64,000 nucleotides of DNA, taken from an uncultured Bordetella sp. (GTDB taxonomy: Bacteria; Pseudomonadota; Gammaproteobacteria; Burkholderiales; SG8-41). The notes below the pieces were generated by a model. It saw only the letters and a list, made by a program, of their open reading frames with translations. It was not told the DNA's origin and searched no databases. Shown here one piece after another: positions 34,213-44,225 of the stretch. How positions within the stretch are numbered: the first letter of the stretch is position 1; each line of letters begins with the position of its first letter. The stretch covers positions 45,124 through 109,123 of the forward strand of contig CAZHJU010000001.1 in assembly GCA_964533495.1 (NCBI GenBank), written 5' to 3'. A program made the position numbers and the translations under genes.

Positions 34213-35345
34213 CGGGCACGGGCATCCGCTTCATCGTGCTGCTGACGATCCTGCTGCACCTCGCGTTTGCCGGCATCCGCGTCACGCTGTCGCTGTTCGC
34301 GCTGCACCTGCAGGCGTCCGCGCTCACGGTGGGCATCCTGATTTCCCTGCTCGCCGCGGTCCCGCTGCTGTTCGCGGTGGGCTGGGGGCGCACCATCGAC
34401 CGCATCGGCGTGCGCATGCCGCTGTTCATCGGCGCGGGGACCGTGCTTGGGGCCCTGCTGCTGGTTGCGGCGCTGCCCCGCCTCGAAACCCTGTTCGTCG
34501 CCAGCGCGCTGGCCGGCAGCGGTTTCATGCTGGTGCACATCTGCGTCAACCAGGCAGCCGGCCTGCTCGGCGCACCGGAAGACCGTTCGCGCAATTTCAG
34601 CCTGCTGGCGCTGGCATTTTCCACTTCGGGCTTTCTCGGCCCGACGATGTCCGGATTCGCGATCGACCTCGTCGGCCACCGCATGACCTTCCTGCTGCTG
34701 GGCGTCAGCGTGGTTGCCGGCATCGTCCTGCTGCTGGCGCGCCCGGTCCGCCTGCCGGCGCATCCGGCGCCGGCACAGGGCGCCGGTCGCAGGCGGGTCG
34801 CCGATCTCTTTCGCATCCCCGATCTGCGCCGCGCCTTCATCGCCAGCGCGGTGCTGTCGATGGCCTGGGACCTGTTCACCTTCGTCACGCCGATCCACGG
34901 CACGCGCCTGGGGCTGTCGGCATCGACCATCGGACTGATACTGGGCGCCTTTGGCGCGGCGATCTTCGCGGTGCGCCTGCTGTTGCCGCTGATCGTGCAC
35001 CGCCTGAGCGAGTGGCCGCTGCTGATCGGCGGCATGTTCGCCACCGGCGCCGCGATGGCCGTGTTCCCGCTGATCGGCAGCGCACCGCTGCTGATGGCGG
35101 TGGCCTTCGTGATCGGGCTGGCGATCGGGGGCACCCAGCCGATGATCATGTCGGTGCTCTACAACACCGCACCGCCCGGACGCGGCGGCGAGGTGGTCGG
35201 CGTGCGCACCTTCCTGCTCAACCTGACCCAGGCGGGCATGCCGCTGCTGTTCGGCGCCGTCGGCGCGACCCTCGGCATGACGCCGGTGTTCTGGGCAATG
35301 GCGGCGGCCCTGCTTGTCGGAGGAGGCGTGGTCAGCAGGCGCTAA
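34209..35345 (+). CDS. MFS transporter
   Basis: ORF 33693-35345. Start placed at GTG 34209, overlapping the EamA stop (GTGA). 378 aa, 12-TM-like hydrophobic pattern, motif GWGRTIDRIGVRMP. Confidence 0.7.
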   Translation: MTGTGIRFIVLLTILLHLAFAGIRVTLSLFALHLQASALTVGILISLLAAVPLLFAVGWGRTIDRIGVRMPLFIGAGTVLGALLLVAALPRLETLFVASALAGSGFMLVHICVNQAAGLLGAPEDRSRNFSLLALAFSTSGFLGPTMSGFAIDLVGHRMTFLLLGVSVVAGIVLLLARPVRLPAHPAPAQGAGRRRVADLFRIPDLRRAFIASAVLSMAWDLFTFVTPIHGTRLGLSASTIGLILGAFGAAIFAVRLLLPLIVHRLSEWPLLIGGMFATGAAMAVFPLIGSAPLLMAVAFVIGLAIGGTQPMIMSVLYNTAPPGRGGEVVGVRTFLLNLTQAGMPLLFGAVGATLGMTPVFWAMAAALLVGGGVVSRR

Positions 35346-35363
35346 AGAAAACAGGAAACGCCG

Positions 35364-35396
35364 CAAAAAAACGGGGCGCCGGAGCGCCCCGTTTTC
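35364..35396. terminator. bidirectional rho-independent terminator
   Basis: aaaaaaa-cggggcgc-cgga-gcgccccg-tttt. It lies between the convergent MFS (+) and SWIB (-) genes. Confidence 0.8.
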
Positions 35397-35411
35397 CGTG
35401 ATCCGAAGGGC

Positions 35412-35726
35412 TTATTTCAGGTGCTTGTTGACCAGCTTGGTCATCTCGAACATCGACACCTGCTTCTTGCCGCCGAAAACGTCTTTCAGCTTCTCGTCGG
35501 CGTTGATGTTGCGGCGGTTCTTGCTGTCCTGCAGGCCGTGCTTTTTGATGTAGGCCCAGATTTTCTTGGTGACTTCGGTGCGCGGCATCGCGCTGTTGCC
35601 GATCACCGCACCGAGCGCTGCGCTCGGTTGCATGGCCTTCATGAATGCGGCATTGGGTTTGCGTTTCGCTGCGGCTTTTTTCTTTTTAGCAGCGGGTTTC
35701 TTGGTAGCCTTTTTCTTTGCAGCCAT
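35412..35726 (-). CDS. SWIB/MDM2-domain protein with Lys-rich N-terminal tail
   Basis: ORF 35412-36059. Start moved to ATG 35726 (MAAKKKATKKPAAKKKKAAAKRKPN...). SWIB core is PRTEVTKKIWAYIKKHGLQD...MFEMTKLV. Confidence 0.8.
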   Translation of the reverse strand: MAAKKKATKKPAAKKKKAAAKRKPNAAFMKAMQPSAALGAVIGNSAMPRTEVTKKIWAYIKKHGLQDSKNRRNINADEKLKDVFGGKKQVSMFEMTKLVNKHLK

Positions 35727-36129
35727 CGAGTGTTCTCCCGTAATGTCCGGATAGGATCGGTTGGTCAGGTTGGTCAGGTTTGCCGTGATAGCGCACGGTG
35801 ACGAGAGGATGCCGAGGGAAAACGCCTTTGTCAATCGTTTCCCAGAGGGAAAACAGGGGGCGCGGCATGCGTGTTTCCGGTCGCTTTCGGACATGCCGGC
35901 TGACCCCGGATCAAGCGGTGTTTGTGTCCGCAGCCGACTCGCCGCACAATAGGCTTCCCTCGCCCGCCGCCTCCGGGGAAAGCTGCCTGCGGCGCAAGAG
36001 CAGAAACAAATCAATGACCTAACCGGGGAATTTGAATTGTGTATCTGCAACATGTGCAATCAACCGAAGGGCGGCATGCTGTCGCCGCACGGTGACGACG
36101 TGACCGGAACCGGCCGCTGATCCGCCGCC

Positions 36130-37146
36130 ATGGCAAGACAGCTCTCCCTGTTCGCCGCCAACGCGCGCGCTGCCGTCAGGCAACCGGCCGTGGCGATCGC
36201 CGCGGCCGAAGTGCCGCCGGAAATGCGCGACCTCGCGCGGCAACTGCCGAAAGGGCTGCGGCTGGGTACCTCGTCCTGGCACTTTCCCGGATGGCGGGGC
36301 ACCGTCTGGGCGAACGCGCTGCCGCCCGGCGACCTCGCGCGTTACGGCCTGCAGGCCTATGCGCGGCATCCCCTGTTCGGCACCGTCGGCATCGACCGGA
36401 CATTCCAGACGCCGCTGACGGCGCGCCAATATGCGCTCTATGCCGCGCAGGTGCCCGGCGATTTCCGCTTCGTCGTCAGGGCGCCCGGCATGCTGACCGG
36501 CCCGTGGCAGCACGCGGAGGACGGCGGCCGCGGCGGTCCGAACAGACATTTCCTCGACGCCGCCTATGCTGCCGCCCGGTTTGTCGAACCCGTACTCGAA
36601 GGGCTGGGCACCGCTGCCGGCCCGCTGCTGTTCCAGTTCCCGCCGCTGGGACGGACGCTGACGCGGTCCCCGGAACGTTTCATCGCCCGGCTGCACGATT
36701 TCCTGGAGCGCCTGCCGCGGGGACCGCTGTATGCCGTGGAGATGCGTGACGGCCGCATGATCACGCGGCGGTTTTTCGCGTCGCTGAAGGATGCCGGGGC
36801 GCGTTATTGCATCGGCGTGCATGCGCGGATGCCGGCCGTGGCCGCGCAGGCCGCGGCCATGTCCGGCTTCGGGCCGGGGCCGCTGGTGGTGCGCTGGAGC
36901 CTGCGATCCGGTTACAGCGACGAGGACGCGACGGCACGGTTTACGCCTTTCGACCGGCTGGTCGACGAGGACGCCGCGACACGGGAGTCCATTGCGCGGT
37001 TGTGCTCCGCGACGCTGGCGGCAGGCCAGGAATGCACGGTCATTGCCGGCAACAAGGCCGAAGGTTCGGGGCCGCTGACGCTGATCAAACTCGGCCAGGC
37101 CATCGTCGCCGCCGTCCGCGAGCGCAGGCTCGCCGCAGAAACGTGA
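36130..37146 (+). CDS. DUF72-family protein
   Basis: 338 aa. LGTSSWHFPGWRGTVW and FRFVVRAP match the DUF72 pattern (GTSGW..W.G.FYP ... F.F.vK). Confidence 0.7.
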   Translation: MARQLSLFAANARAAVRQPAVAIAAAEVPPEMRDLARQLPKGLRLGTSSWHFPGWRGTVWANALPPGDLARYGLQAYARHPLFGTVGIDRTFQTPLTARQYALYAAQVPGDFRFVVRAPGMLTGPWQHAEDGGRGGPNRHFLDAAYAAARFVEPVLEGLGTAAGPLLFQFPPLGRTLTRSPERFIARLHDFLERLPRGPLYAVEMRDGRMITRRFFASLKDAGARYCIGVHARMPAVAAQAAAMSGFGPGPLVVRWSLRSGYSDEDATARFTPFDRLVDEDAATRESIARLCSATLAAGQECTVIAGNKAEGSGPLTLIKLGQAIVAAVRERRLAAET

Positions 37147-37180
37147 CTTGACACACGTTTCTTGCGGGACCTGCCGGTGA

Positions 37181-37756
37181 TCATGACTTCAGGCGCGCGG
37201 CGAACTGCTTGCGGAACTTGGCGACCTTGGGTGACACCACGTACTGGCAGTACGACTGCCGGGGATTGCGCTCGAAATATTCCTGGTGGTACGGCTCGGC
37301 CATGTAGAACGGCGGCGCTGCCGCGATTTCGGTGACGATGGGCCGGTCAAAAACGCGCGCGGCGGCAAGCTGTGCAACCGTCGCCTCCGCCGCGGCTTTC
37401 TGCGCCGGCGAGTGATGAAAGATCACCGAGCGGTACTGGGTGCCGATGTCGTTGCCCTGGGCATTCAGCGTGGTCGGGTCGTGAATCGCGAAAAACACCT
37501 CGAGGAGATCGGCATAGGCGATCACCGCCGGGTCGAAAGTCACCCGGACGACTTCCGCGTGTCCGGTATCGCCGCCGCAGATGTCCTCATAGGTCGGATC
37601 CGGCAGCGATCCCCCGCTGTAACCCGATTCGACGGACAGCACGCCGGAGAGGCCATCAAACACCGCCTCCAGGCACCAGAAACAGCCGCCGCCCAGAGTC
37701 GCCGTTTCACGCGCGCCATTGCCTGCATTTTCCGGTGCCATGGATTTCTCCATCAA
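37181..37756 (-). CDS. msrA: peptide-methionine (S)-S-oxide reductase
   Basis: 191 aa. Catalytic GGGCFWC motif, plus GHAEVVRVTFDP. Confidence 0.9.
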   Translation of the reverse strand: MMEKSMAPENAGNGARETATLGGGCFWCLEAVFDGLSGVLSVESGYSGGSLPDPTYEDICGGDTGHAEVVRVTFDPAVIAYADLLEVFFAIHDPTTLNAQGNDIGTQYRSVIFHHSPAQKAAAEATVAQLAAARVFDRPIVTEIAAAPPFYMAEPYHQEYFERNPRQSYCQYVVSPKVAKFRKQFAARLKS

Positions 37757-37813
37757 TGGGGAGCCGCAGGCCCGGTCGCGGGAAACGCCGGCTCCTGACA
37801 GCGTCGGCCCCCT

Positions 37814-38809
37814 TCAGGTCTTGCGGTAATAACCCGTCACGCGCTCGACCTCATTGCGCGAGCCGAGCACCACGCCCACGCGCTGGTGCAGTTTCGACGG
37901 CTTGAGATCGAGTATGCGCTCGCGGCCGTTGGTCGCGGCGCCGCCGGCCTGCTCGACGATCATCGACATCGGATTGGCCTCATACATCAGGCGCAGCCGG
38001 CCTTCCTTGTGTTTTGCATCCTGCGGATACATGAAAATCCCGCCCCGCGACAGGATGCGATAGACATCGGCGACCATCGAGGCCACCCAGCGCATGTTGT
38101 AATCCTTGCCCAGCGGGCCGTTCTTCCCGGCCAGGCATTCATCGATGTAGCGTTTGACCGGCGGCTCCCAATTGCGCATGTTCGACATGTTAATCGCGAA
38201 TTCCGCGGTATCCGCCGGAATCTCGATTTTCGGCTGGGTCAGGACCCAGCTGCCCATCTCCTTGTCCAGGGTGAATCCGGCAACGCCGTTGCCGACGGTC
38301 AGCACGAGGATCGTCGACGGCCCGTAGACCGCGAAGCCGGCAGCGACCTGGCGCGAGCCGGGCTGCAGGAAGGCCTGCTCGTCGGGCGTGACGCCCTCGG
38401 GACAGCGCAGCACCGAGAAAATCGTGCCGATCGACACGTTGACGTCGATGTTCGAGGATCCGTCGAGAGGATCTATCAGCAGCAGGAATTCGCCGCGGGG
38501 ATAGCGGTTGGGAATCTGGTGCGGATGCTCCATTTCCTCGGAAGCCATCGCGGCCAGGTGGCCGCCCCACTCGTTGGCCTCGAGCAGCACCTCGTTGGAG
38601 ATGACATCGAGTTTCTTCTGCGCCTCGCCCTGCACGTTGTCGCTGCCGGCATTGCCAAGTATGCCCGTCAGCGCGCCTTTGCTCACCGCGTTGCTGATCG
38701 ACTTGCAGGCCCGGGCGACCACTTCGACCAGCAGCCGCAGTTCCGCTGAAACCACGCCTTTCTCGCGCTGCTGCTCGACGAGGTATTGGGTGAGTGTAAT
38801 GCGCCGCAT
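37814..38809 (-). CDS. fbp: class 1 fructose-1,6-bisphosphatase
   Basis: 331 aa. Contains [31 protein letters not shown] and GGIFMYP. Confidence 0.9.
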   Translation of the reverse strand: MRRITLTQYLVEQQREKGVVSAELRLLVEVVARACKSISNAVSKGALTGILGNAGSDNVQGEAQKKLDVISNEVLLEANEWGGHLAAMASEEMEHPHQIPNRYPRGEFLLLIDPLDGSSNIDVNVSIGTIFSVLRCPEGVTPDEQAFLQPGSRQVAAGFAVYGPSTILVLTVGNGVAGFTLDKEMGSWVLTQPKIEIPADTAEFAINMSNMRNWEPPVKRYIDECLAGKNGPLGKDYNMRWVASMVADVYRILSRGGIFMYPQDAKHKEGRLRLMYEANPMSMIVEQAGGAATNGRERILDLKPSKLHQRVGVVLGSRNEVERVTGYYRKT

Positions 38810-38834
38810 ATTTTCTCCACTAACGGATGAAATG

Positions 38835-38870
38835 ACTATAAGTATTTGTTTTTATTAATTATTTTATGAT
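38835..38870 (+). repeat. AT-rich dispersed repeat, copy C
   Basis: actataagtatTTGTTTTTATTaattattttatgat. It lies in the 49-bp gap between the fbp start (38809) and the tyrS stop (38859-38861). Its right end overlaps the last tyrS codons (..VIIK*). Confidence 0.75.
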
Positions 38871-40058
38871 GACGCGTGCAAACTTGCGCTTGCCCACCTG
38901 CAGCACCGCGCTCGCGCCGCGCCCGAGTTTCAGCGACTTGTCGCCGATTTTCTCACCGTCCATCTTGACTCCTCCCTGCGCCAGCATGCGCAGGGCATCC
39001 GAGGTGCTCGGCGTCAGCCCCGCCTGTTTCAGCACCGCGGCAATCGGCAATCCGTCAGCGTCGGCATTCAGCGTGACTTCCGGCATATCGGCCGGCATTT
39101 CGTCGCGGCGGAAACGCGCCTCGAAATCGGCCAGCGCGGCCCCGGCTGCAGCGGGACCATGGAAACGGGCGACGATTTCCCGCGCAAACGCGACCTTGAT
39201 GTCGCGCGGATTGCGCCCGGCCTTCACTTCGTCGCGCCACCCGCGGATCGTTTCCAGCGCCTCGAATGACAGCAGCTCGATGTATTTCCACATCAGCTCG
39301 TCGGAAACCGACATCAGCTTGCCGAAAATCTCGTTCGGCGGCTCCTGGATGCCGACATAGTTGCCCAGCGACTTCGACATCTTGTTGACGCCGTCGAGTC
39401 CCTCGAGCAGCGGCATGGTCAGGATGCACTGCGGCGGCTGCCCGTGGTGCTTCTGCAGCTCGCGCCCCATCAGCAGGTTGAATTTCTGGTCGGTGCCGCC
39501 AAGTTCGACGTCGGCCTTGAGCGCGACCGAGTCATAACCCTGGACCAGCGGGTAAAGGAATTCGTGGATGGCGATCGGCTGCCTGCCCTGGTAACGCTTG
39601 GAGAAATCATCGCGTTCCAGCATGCGCGCGACGGTGTGCGAGGCCGCCAGCCGGATCATGTCGACCGCGGTCATGCGGTCCATCCACGTCGAGTTGAACA
39701 CCACCTCGGTGCGTTCGCGGTCGAGGATGCGGAAGACCTGCTCGGTGTAGGTCTGTGCATTGCTCGCGACTTCCTCACGAGTCAGCGGCGGACGTGTGGC
39801 ATTCTTGCCGGTCGGGTCGCCGATCATCCCGGTAAAATCGCCGATCAGGAACAACACATGATGGCCGAGCTCCTGGAACTGGCGCAGCTTGTTGATGAGC
39901 ACCGTATGACCGAGATGCAGGTCGGGCGCGGTCGGATCGAACCCGGCCTTGATCCGCAAGGGGCGCCCCGCGGCCAGTTTTTCGCGCAGTTCGGTTTCGC
40001 GCAGCAATTCGTCGCAGCCGCGGCGGATGATTTCGATCTGGCGGTCAATACTGGTCAT
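38859..40058 (-). CDS. tyrS: tyrosine--tRNA ligase
   Basis: 399 aa. Class I motifs HLGH and KMSKS(LGN). S4-like C-terminal domain. Confidence 0.9.
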   Translation of the reverse strand: MTSIDRQIEIIRRGCDELLRETELREKLAAGRPLRIKAGFDPTAPDLHLGHTVLINKLRQFQELGHHVLFLIGDFTGMIGDPTGKNATRPPLTREEVASNAQTYTEQVFRILDRERTEVVFNSTWMDRMTAVDMIRLAASHTVARMLERDDFSKRYQGRQPIAIHEFLYPLVQGYDSVALKADVELGGTDQKFNLLMGRELQKHHGQPPQCILTMPLLEGLDGVNKMSKSLGNYVGIQEPPNEIFGKLMSVSDELMWKYIELLSFEALETIRGWRDEVKAGRNPRDIKVAFAREIVARFHGPAAAGAALADFEARFRRDEMPADMPEVTLNADADGLPIAAVLKQAGLTPSTSDALRMLAQGGVKMDGEKIGDKSLKLGRGASAVLQVGKRKFARVIIK

Positions 40059-40154
40059 TTTTCCGGTTTCGTGATGCGATAAAGCGGTTTTCGGGGCCGC
40101 GGTACTCTGCTAAGCTTCCGGCTGAAAATTGCTTGTAAATCATAAGGGAAGCGC

Positions 40155-41477
40155 ATGTTTTCTGCGCGATTTGCGATTCTAGCGCAAAAGCTTTCGAACC
40201 GGCTTCGCGGCAACACGCCGCGCCGCATCGTGCTCGCACTGGTGCTGCCGTTTGTCGGCGTGATGGCGGCGTTCGGCATCGCGCCGGATACCGTGACCGA
40301 CACCGTCGATCGCAAAACGGTGGTTGAAGAACTGAAGCTGCCGCCACTGGCCGTGACGGATGCCGCCCCGGAACAGACATACTGGCGCGAAGTGCGGATC
40401 GAACGCGGCGACACCATCGCCTCGGTGCTGCAGCGGCTGGACGTTGACCAGGCGAGCGCAGCCCTGCTGCTCCAGCATACCCGCAACGCGCGCGCGCTGT
40501 ACCGCCTCATCCCCGGACGCACGGTTCGCGCGCATGTATCGGAAACGGGCCAGTTGCTCGCGCTGCGCTATCTGAACGGCACCCAGCTGATGAAGGTCGA
40601 TCTGGACCGCGATGTCCTTCGCGTCTGGGAAGGCCCGGCGGACGTCGAGACCCGCGTGCACATGCGCTCGGGAGAGATCGTGTCCTCGCTGTTTGCCGCC
40701 ACGGACGCCGCGGGCATGTCGGATTCCATCGCGACCCAGATCGCCGACGTGTTTTCCACCGACATCGATTTTCACCGCGACCTGCGTCGCGGCGACCGGT
40801 TCGCGGCGGTTTACGAGGTGCATTACCACCAGGGCGAACCGATCAGGGCCGGACGGCTGCTGTCCGCCGAATTCGTCAACCAGGGAAAAACCTTCCATGC
40901 GGTCTGGTTCGACAGCGGCGATGGCCAGGGGGGCGGGTATTACACGCTCGACGGCCAGAACATCCGCAAGGCCTTCCTGCGCTCGCCGCTGGAGTTCTCG
41001 CGCATCAGCTCGGGGTTTTCCAGCGGGCGGTTCCATCCGGTGCTGAAGACCTGGCGCGCGCATCGCGGCGTCGACTACGCCGCACCCACCGGCACCCGGG
41101 TCAGGAGCACCGGCGGCGGCATCGTCGAATTCGTCGGCAGGCAGGGCGGATACGGCAATCTCGTGGTCATCCGGCACCAGTCCCGGTTCACGACCTGGTA
41201 CGCGCACCTGTCGCGCTTTGCCCCCGGCCTGCACAAGGGCAAGCGGATTTCCCAGGGGGAACTCGTCGGCTTCGTCGGCAGCACCGGAATGGCCACCGGC
41301 CCCCATCTGCACTACGAGTTCCGCATCAACAACGTCCATCACGACCCCATGCGGGTTGCCATGCCGCCCGCCCCGCCGCTGGCGCCGCAGCATCGCGCCG
41401 CATTCGAGAAAGTGGCGCGACCGATGTCCGGACGCCTGGCGCTGCTGCGCCAAATCCGCACCACGTCCGCGAACTGA
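40155..41477 (+). CDS. M23-family metallopeptidase (murein endopeptidase-like)
   Basis: 440 aa. N-terminal TM anchor. M23 motifs are HRGVDYAAPTGTRV and GSTGMATGPHLHYEF. Confidence 0.85.
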   Translation: MFSARFAILAQKLSNRLRGNTPRRIVLALVLPFVGVMAAFGIAPDTVTDTVDRKTVVEELKLPPLAVTDAAPEQTYWREVRIERGDTIASVLQRLDVDQASAALLLQHTRNARALYRLIPGRTVRAHVSETGQLLALRYLNGTQLMKVDLDRDVLRVWEGPADVETRVHMRSGEIVSSLFAATDAAGMSDSIATQIADVFSTDIDFHRDLRRGDRFAAVYEVHYHQGEPIRAGRLLSAEFVNQGKTFHAVWFDSGDGQGGGYYTLDGQNIRKAFLRSPLEFSRISSGFSSGRFHPVLKTWRAHRGVDYAAPTGTRVRSTGGGIVEFVGRQGGYGNLVVIRHQSRFTTWYAHLSRFAPGLHKGKRISQGELVGFVGSTGMATGPHLHYEFRINNVHHDPMRVAMPPAPPLAPQHRAAFEKVARPMSGRLALLRQIRTTSAN

Positions 41478-41489
41478 TCCCTGGCCGCG

Positions 41490-42578
41490 ATGCCGGGTCT
41501 GTTCATCGGGTTGATGTCCGGCACCAGCATGGACGGCATCGATGCCGTGCTGGCCGATCTCGCGGCTGTACCGCTGCTGCGCCACCACATCCACCAGCCG
41601 TCCCCGCCGCGGCTGCGTGAGACCCTGCTTTCGCTGAACGAGCCCGGCACTGACGAGCTGCACAGGGCGGCGATGGCAGCCAATGCCCTGTCGCTGGGTT
41701 ACGCGGCGGCCGTGCGCACCCTGCTGGCGCAGTCCGGCACGGATGCCGGAAACATAGCGGCCATCGGCTGCCACGGCCAGACCGTGCGCCACAATCCCCG
41801 GGAAGGTTACACAACCCAGCTCGTCAACGGCGCGCTGCTCGCGGAACTGTCGGGCATCCGGGTCATCTGCGATTTTCGCAGCCGGGACATCGCCGCCGGC
41901 GGCGAGGGCGCGCCGCTGGTTCCGGCTTTCCATCGGGCGGTTTTCGCGCGCCCGGACCAGTCCCGCGCCATCGTCAACATCGGCGGCATCGCCAACATCA
42001 CGCATCTTCCACCCGGCAGGCCGGTCACCGGTTTCGACTGCGGTCCGGGCAATGTGTTGATGGACGGCTGGATTGCGACCCACAGGAATCTCCCCTACGA
42101 CGCCGGCGGCGCCTGGGCGGCGCAGGGCAACCCACTGCCGGAACTGCTGCAACGCTTGCTCGGCAACGGGTTCTTCGACCGGCCGCCGCCCAAAAGCACG
42201 GGGCGGGAATTGTTCAATCTGCAGGCCCTGCGGCAACTGCTGACCGGCGACGAGCGGCCGGTCGACGTGCAGGCAACGCTGTGTGAGCTGACGGCAATCG
42301 CCATCGCGCGCGCGCTCGACAGTCACTGCGCGGATGCCGATGAGGTTTACCTGTGCGGCGGCGGCGCCCGCAACACCCGCCTGTTCCGCCGGCTGGCGGC
42401 GATGCTCGCGGGCCGCAGGCTGGGATTGACCGACGAACTCGGCATCCCCGCGGAGTCGGTGGAGGCCGCCGCATTCGCCTGGCTGGCGCAACGGACACTC
42501 GCCGCCGAGCCCGGGAATCTGCCGGAGGTTACCGGGGCCGGGGGAGCACGGGTGCTGGGCGCCATTTACCCGGCGTGA
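41490..42578 (+). CDS. anmK: anhydro-N-acetylmuramic acid kinase
   Basis: 362 aa. N-terminal GLMSGTSMDGIDAVL and NIGGIANIT motifs. Confidence 0.9.
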   Translation: MPGLFIGLMSGTSMDGIDAVLADLAAVPLLRHHIHQPSPPRLRETLLSLNEPGTDELHRAAMAANALSLGYAAAVRTLLAQSGTDAGNIAAIGCHGQTVRHNPREGYTTQLVNGALLAELSGIRVICDFRSRDIAAGGEGAPLVPAFHRAVFARPDQSRAIVNIGGIANITHLPPGRPVTGFDCGPGNVLMDGWIATHRNLPYDAGGAWAAQGNPLPELLQRLLGNGFFDRPPPKSTGRELFNLQALRQLLTGDERPVDVQATLCELTAIAIARALDSHCADADEVYLCGGGARNTRLFRRLAAMLAGRRLGLTDELGIPAESVEAAAFAWLAQRTLAAEPGNLPEVTGAGGARVLGAIYPA

Positions 42579-42591
42579 GTGCCGCTGAAAC

Positions 42592-42624
42592 AAAAACGGG
42601 AGGCAAAGCCTCCCGTTCTTGTTT
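42592..42624. terminator. bidirectional rho-independent terminator
   Basis: aaaaa-cgggaggc-aaa-gcctcccg-ttcttgttt. It lies between the convergent anmK (+) and erpA (-) genes. Confidence 0.8.
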
Positions 42625-42639
42625 GCGCCCGGAAACCGT

Positions 42640-42993
42640 TCAGGAGGAAAAAGACGAGCCGCAGCCGCAGGTGGAACTGGCGTTGGGATTCTTGATCACG
42701 AACTGCGCGCCCTCGACGTTCTCCTGATAGTCGATTTCCGCGCCGGTCAGGTATTGCAGGCTCATCGGATCGATCAGCAGCGTGACGCCGCCTTTCTGCA
42801 GCGAGGTGTCGTCCTCGTTGACGGCCTCGTCGAAGGTGAAGCCATACTGGAAGCCGGAACAGCCGCCGCCGGTGACGAACACCCTCAGCTTGAGATCGGG
42901 ATTGCCTTCCTCCTCGATCAGCTGCCTGACCTTGGTCGCGGCATTCTCGGTAAATACCAGCGGATCCGGCAAAACTTCGGTAACTGCATTCAT
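42640..42993 (-). CDS. erpA: iron-sulfur cluster insertion protein ErpA (A-type carrier)
   Basis: ORF 42640-43266. Start moved to ATG 42993 ([22 protein letters not shown]...). Contains GGGCSGFQY and C-terminal STCGCGSSF. Confidence 0.9.
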   Translation of the reverse strand: MNAVTEVLPDPLVFTENAATKVRQLIEEEGNPDLKLRVFVTGGGCSGFQYGFTFDEAVNEDDTSLQKGGVTLLIDPMSLQYLTGAEIDYQENVEGAQFVIKNPNASSTCGCGSSFSS

Positions 42994-43054
42994 GACACGC
43001 TCCTGAATCGGTTCGGCCCTGCGGCCATCCGGGCCATTATAGCCCTCGCCGGCT

Positions 43055-43462
43055 TCACTCGGCCGACGCCGGCTTGAACTTGACGACCTTGTCGGCCTTG
43101 ATGTCGTCCTGATAGACCAGCCGGCCCTGGACCACGGCCCCCAGCTGCATTTCCAGCGTCCGGTAATAAACATCCCCTGTGACATTCGCCTTGCCCTGCA
43201 GTTCGACGTAATCGGCGGCGTGCACCGGCCCCACCACTGTGCCGTTGATGACCACATGGGAAACACGGATTTCGCCCTCGATGCGCGCGGCCTCCGACAG
43301 CACCAGCGTGCCCGGTTTCCCTTCGGCGGAAATCACATTGCCATGCACATGCCCGTCGACACGCAGGCCACCGTCGAACGTCAGGTCGCCTTCGATCACC
43401 GTGCCGGCGCCGATCAGGCAGTCGATGCGGTTCTGGGGTTTGCTGGGTTTGTTGCCGAACAT
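43055..43462 (-). CDS. bactofilin-family polymer-forming protein
   Basis: 135 aa. Beta-helix repeat pattern is [27 protein letters not shown]...[16 protein letters not shown]. Confidence 0.8.
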   Translation of the reverse strand: MFGNKPSKPQNRIDCLIGAGTVIEGDLTFDGGLRVDGHVHGNVISAEGKPGTLVLSEAARIEGEIRVSHVVINGTVVGPVHAADYVELQGKANVTGDVYYRTLEMQLGAVVQGRLVYQDDIKADKVVKFKPASAE

Positions 43463-43474
43463 GATGGTCTCCTG

Positions 43475-44221
43475 CTAGGAAAGAGTGACATTATGCGTCA
43501 GGCGCGGCGCGGCGGAATTGCCCTCGAATACGCGGACCTGCAGCCCCTTGACCGCCGCATCCGGGGAAATCCGGAACATGCCCTCGACACGCTGGAACAG
43601 CTTGAAGCTGACCTGGTATTCCTTCGCCGGCTGGGCGGAGTCCGGCGGCATCACGAGCACGACTTTACGGTCATCCTGCTGCAGATTCAATACAAACTGC
43701 AGGCGCCCGTTGAATTCCTTGGCACGCTCGCCGGTCTGCACCAGCAGCAACTGGTAGCGGTACTCGCCGGGTACCGGCTCCGGTATCAGGCGGAACCGGT
43801 TGACGCTGATGGCGCTTTCCTTGCCGGTCGCCGTCAGGGACTGGAAAAAAGCGAGATCCTCCTTGAGCCGGGCATTTTCCTGGGCCAGGTTCTTCACCTG
43901 CCGCTCGAGATCGACAAAGGTTGCGCGCTCGATCTGCAGCTGCCGTTCCGCCGTCGCGGCTCTCGCATTCAGCTCCGCCAGTTCGCCCTGCTGTTTGAGC
44001 ACCGTTTCGTTGAGCTGCGTCCGCAGCCGCACCGCCTCGCCCTGGCGGAAACCCGCGTATTCCAGTCCGAAATCGTACGTGACCCAGGCTACGCCGGCCA
44101 CCAATGCCCCGCCGGCGACAATCCCGGACCAGCGCCAGTACCAGGGCATGTGCGGCCGTACCGCCAGCTTCGGCGCATCGATGCCGAATCGCCGCGCGAA
44201 CGCCTTGAGGGAGCGCTTCAT
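43475..44221 (-). CDS. membrane-anchored coiled-coil protein of unknown function
   Basis: 248 aa. One TM segment (WSGIVAGGALVAGVAWVTY). Long heptad-like region follows (LKQQGELAELNARAATAERQLQIERATFVDLERQVKNLAQENARLKEDL). It sits directly upstream of the bactofilin gene. Confidence 0.6.
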   Translation of the reverse strand: MKRSLKAFARRFGIDAPKLAVRPHMPWYWRWSGIVAGGALVAGVAWVTYDFGLEYAGFRQGEAVRLRTQLNETVLKQQGELAELNARAATAERQLQIERATFVDLERQVKNLAQENARLKEDLAFFQSLTATGKESAISVNRFRLIPEPVPGEYRYQLLLVQTGERAKEFNGRLQFVLNLQQDDRKVVLVMPPDSAQPAKEYQVSFKLFQRVEGMFRISPDAAVKGLQVRVFEGNSAAPRLTHNVTLS

Positions 44222-44225
44222 GCAA

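Noticed and set aside
38835-38870. Interpreting the AT-rich repeats as portable promoters. The reverse complements of C and D end in TATAGT / TATAAT.
   Set aside because: -10-like hexamers are trivial in AT-rich DNA, and no matching -35 sits at 16-18 nt. Copies A and D lie between convergent gene ends, where a promoter would only drive antisense transcription. This is kept only as one hypothesis within the repeat finding.
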